The translations under genes and the position numbers were made by a program. Shown here piece by piece: positions 29,215-30,456 of a stretch of 30,456 nucleotides of DNA. The notes beneath the pieces were generated by a model. The model did no database searches, was not told the DNA's origin, and saw only the letters and a list, made by a program, of their open reading frames with translations. Each line of letters begins with the position of its first letter. Position 1 is the first letter of the stretch. The stretch is taken from the IMG/VR virus record IMGVR_UViG_3300017754_002321, positions 1 through 30,456 of that record, one strand, 5' to 3'. This DNA is from a virus (Duplodnaviria; Caudoviricetes).

Positions 29215-29468
29215 TATTTTGCTTCTTCAGCATTCTCTTCTATTACAGTGTAAGTTCCATCTTCTAAATTAATATTGATAGGACCATATTCCTCTTGTAA
29301 TAAGTTTTTATAATCTTCAACTGCTTTATTAACTTCAGCTAATTGGTGTAAGAATCCATGCTTTTGTGATTCCAATATTCCAATGTTTGTTAACAATGCG
29401 TTAATGTCTTTTTGTTGATTTACAATTGTTTCTAATTGTACTGCTGTAATTTGTTTTACTACGTCCAT
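29214..29468 (-). CDS. Small coiled-coil protein, 84 aa
   Basis: Heptad pattern followed by YGPININLEDGTY; AT-rich leader. Confidence 0.7.
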   Translation of the reverse strand: MDVVKQITAVQLETIVNQQKDINALLTNIGILESQKHGFLHQLAEVNKAVEDYKNLLQEEYGPININLEDGTYTVIEENAEEAK

Positions 29469-29490
29469 TTTTATTTAATTTAATTGTTTA

Positions 29491-29853
29491 TTATGATAAT
29501 GTTAAAAGATATTTTGTTTTAGCTGCTTTACCAGATAATTCTTGAGCCATATTTTCTACGTCCCAAAATTTATTAGACTCAGCGTGATTCATTAATTCTT
29601 CAGCGAATTTAAGTATTCTGTCAACAACTTCCATAGAGTCAGCTTTATTACCAATTAATTCAATCTTCATTGCCTGAATTCTTTTTCCGGTATAACCCAT
29701 TAGTTTTTCAATAACCTCGTCTTTGAATTCTTGTATGTATTCATATAATTCTCCAGTAGCTTTATGCTCTGCAAAACTTCTAGTTTCCCAATGAATCATA
29801 TGAATTTGCTCCTGAAAGAATGTTAACTTTCCTGCTATTTCTTCTGTTGTCAT
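29491..29853 (-). CDS. Dps/ferritin-like four-helix protein (DUF5856-like), 120 aa
   Basis: HMIHW...AEHKATGELY...KDEVIE reproduces the Dps HW...H...DxxxE ferroxidase spacing; ends KYLLTL. Confidence 0.75.
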   Translation of the reverse strand: MTTEEIAGKLTFFQEQIHMIHWETRSFAEHKATGELYEYIQEFKDEVIEKLMGYTGKRIQAMKIELIGNKADSMEVVDRILKFAEELMNHAESNKFWDVENMAQELSGKAAKTKYLLTLS

Positions 29854-29865
29854 TTTATTTTATTA

Positions 29866-30147
29866 TTATGTTGGGCAAGTAAGCAATGGGGCTTTTACTC
29901 TTCCAGTTGCAGTTGTCACTTGGTATCCACCAATAGTATTTATTAATCCTGGTAAATTCCAAATTCCCTCATTTGTAAATGGATCTGTTAATCCCGGATC
30001 ATTAAATACATATGCATCAGGTAAAAATTGAGAGGAAGCTGAATAAACTGTTCTTGACGTACCATTACAATCTAATATTGCAAATGTATAAATGTCTTCC
30101 CAACTACTTGTACTATTAGGCCAGCCAATGCCTATACCCATTTTCAT
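29866..30147 (-). CDS. Putative short head-spike fibre protein, 93 aa
   Basis: N-terminal MGIGIGW resembles the LGLGLGL anchor of the RcGTA head fibre Rcc01080; TAATG-coupled to the spike-base gene. Confidence 0.55.
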   Translation of the reverse strand: MKMGIGIGWPNSTSSWEDIYTFAILDCNGTSRTVYSASSQFLPDAYVFNDPGLTDPFTNEGIWNLPGLINTIGGYQVTTATGRVKAPLLTCPT

Positions 30148-30456
30148 TAGTAAAGCGCTATTATATTATCACAAGTTGTAGAAGTTTCTTCTCCATCACT
30201 TTCCCAAACACAATCCACTATTACTGGGAAAAAAGTACCAGCAGGTATATTGTAAAAAATAGTATATCCACTTTGTGGATCTGCGTCGTCCACTGGGTCT
30301 CCATAATCAGCATTTCCACCAACAACACGGCAAATTAAAGTACCCCCCGTGCCTATATATAAGGCAGCTGAACCTAAATTAATAGCGCTAGTTGGATCTG
30401 TTGGGTCTCCATTAACTCTTACTTTATCTGCTCTTGTTCCAAAATCTGGTTGATTA
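30147..30456 (-). CDS. Head-spike base protein (RcGTA Rcc01079-like), 5' end outside the window
   Basis: Manual translation: ...NQPDFGTRA...AALYIGTGGTLICRVVGG...IFYNIPAGTFFPVIVDCVW...TTCDNIIALY*; stop at 30149-30147. Not in the ORF track. Confidence 0.7.
   Translation of the reverse strand, partial: NQPDFGTRADKVRVNGDPTDPTSAINLGSAALYIGTGGTLICRVVGGNADYGDPVDDADPQSGYTIFYNIPAGTFFPVIVDCVWESDGEETSTTCDNIIALY

Larger units (their letters stand above)
1..30456 (-). mobile_element. Tailed bacteriophage structural/packaging module (podovirus-like, probable Bacteroidota host)
   Basis: Co-oriented TerL-portal-scaffold-MCP-ring-nozzle-ejection gene order; dense coding with TAATG couplings; no tape measure or sheath seen; no cellular housekeeping genes. 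Confidence 0.93.

Noticed and set aside
1-30456. Stop-codon reassignment as seen in some crAss-like phages
   Set aside because: Genes are full length and tightly packed under the standard code, and TAG (10229) and TGA (27811) appear to serve as normal stops.
1-30456. CRISPR array, tRNA, rRNA or DGR template repeat
   Set aside because: Intergenic gaps are under ~85 bp, and I saw no repeat-spacer periodicity, cloverleaf, reverse transcriptase or long near-identical repeat.

Overview
This window is the virion-morphogenesis module of an AT-rich tailed phage with podovirus-like architecture, and every credible gene lies on the minus strand. The host is probably Bacteroidota, inferred from AT-rich, mostly Shine-Dalgarno-free start regions and from overall gene content. 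In transcription order (right to left) the genes are: head-spike base and short spike fibre (RcGTA-like pair), Dps/ferritin-like protein, two small hypotheticals, a GIY-YIG homing endonuclease flanked by a 13-bp direct repeat, a tandem GroES-like protein, putative TerS, TerL, portal, scaffold, major capsid, a conserved hypothetical, two ring/adaptor proteins, a tail nozzle apparently split into 1823-aa and 527-aa genes, and three putative ejection proteins. The last of these is a >2621-aa ORF (7863 to <1) that is absent from the supplied ORF track because it runs off the window. Manual translation shows a polyvalent protein with Gly/Ala hydrophobic segments, a HEXXH zincin metallopeptidase, a sigma-70 region-2-like domain, a possible His-Me nuclease-like segment and a complete HAD phosphatase. 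The main candidate novel system is therefore a virion-injected, possibly self-processing polyprotein that would deliver a sigma-like factor and a phosphatase at infection. All calls rest on motif recognition by eye; no searches were run.
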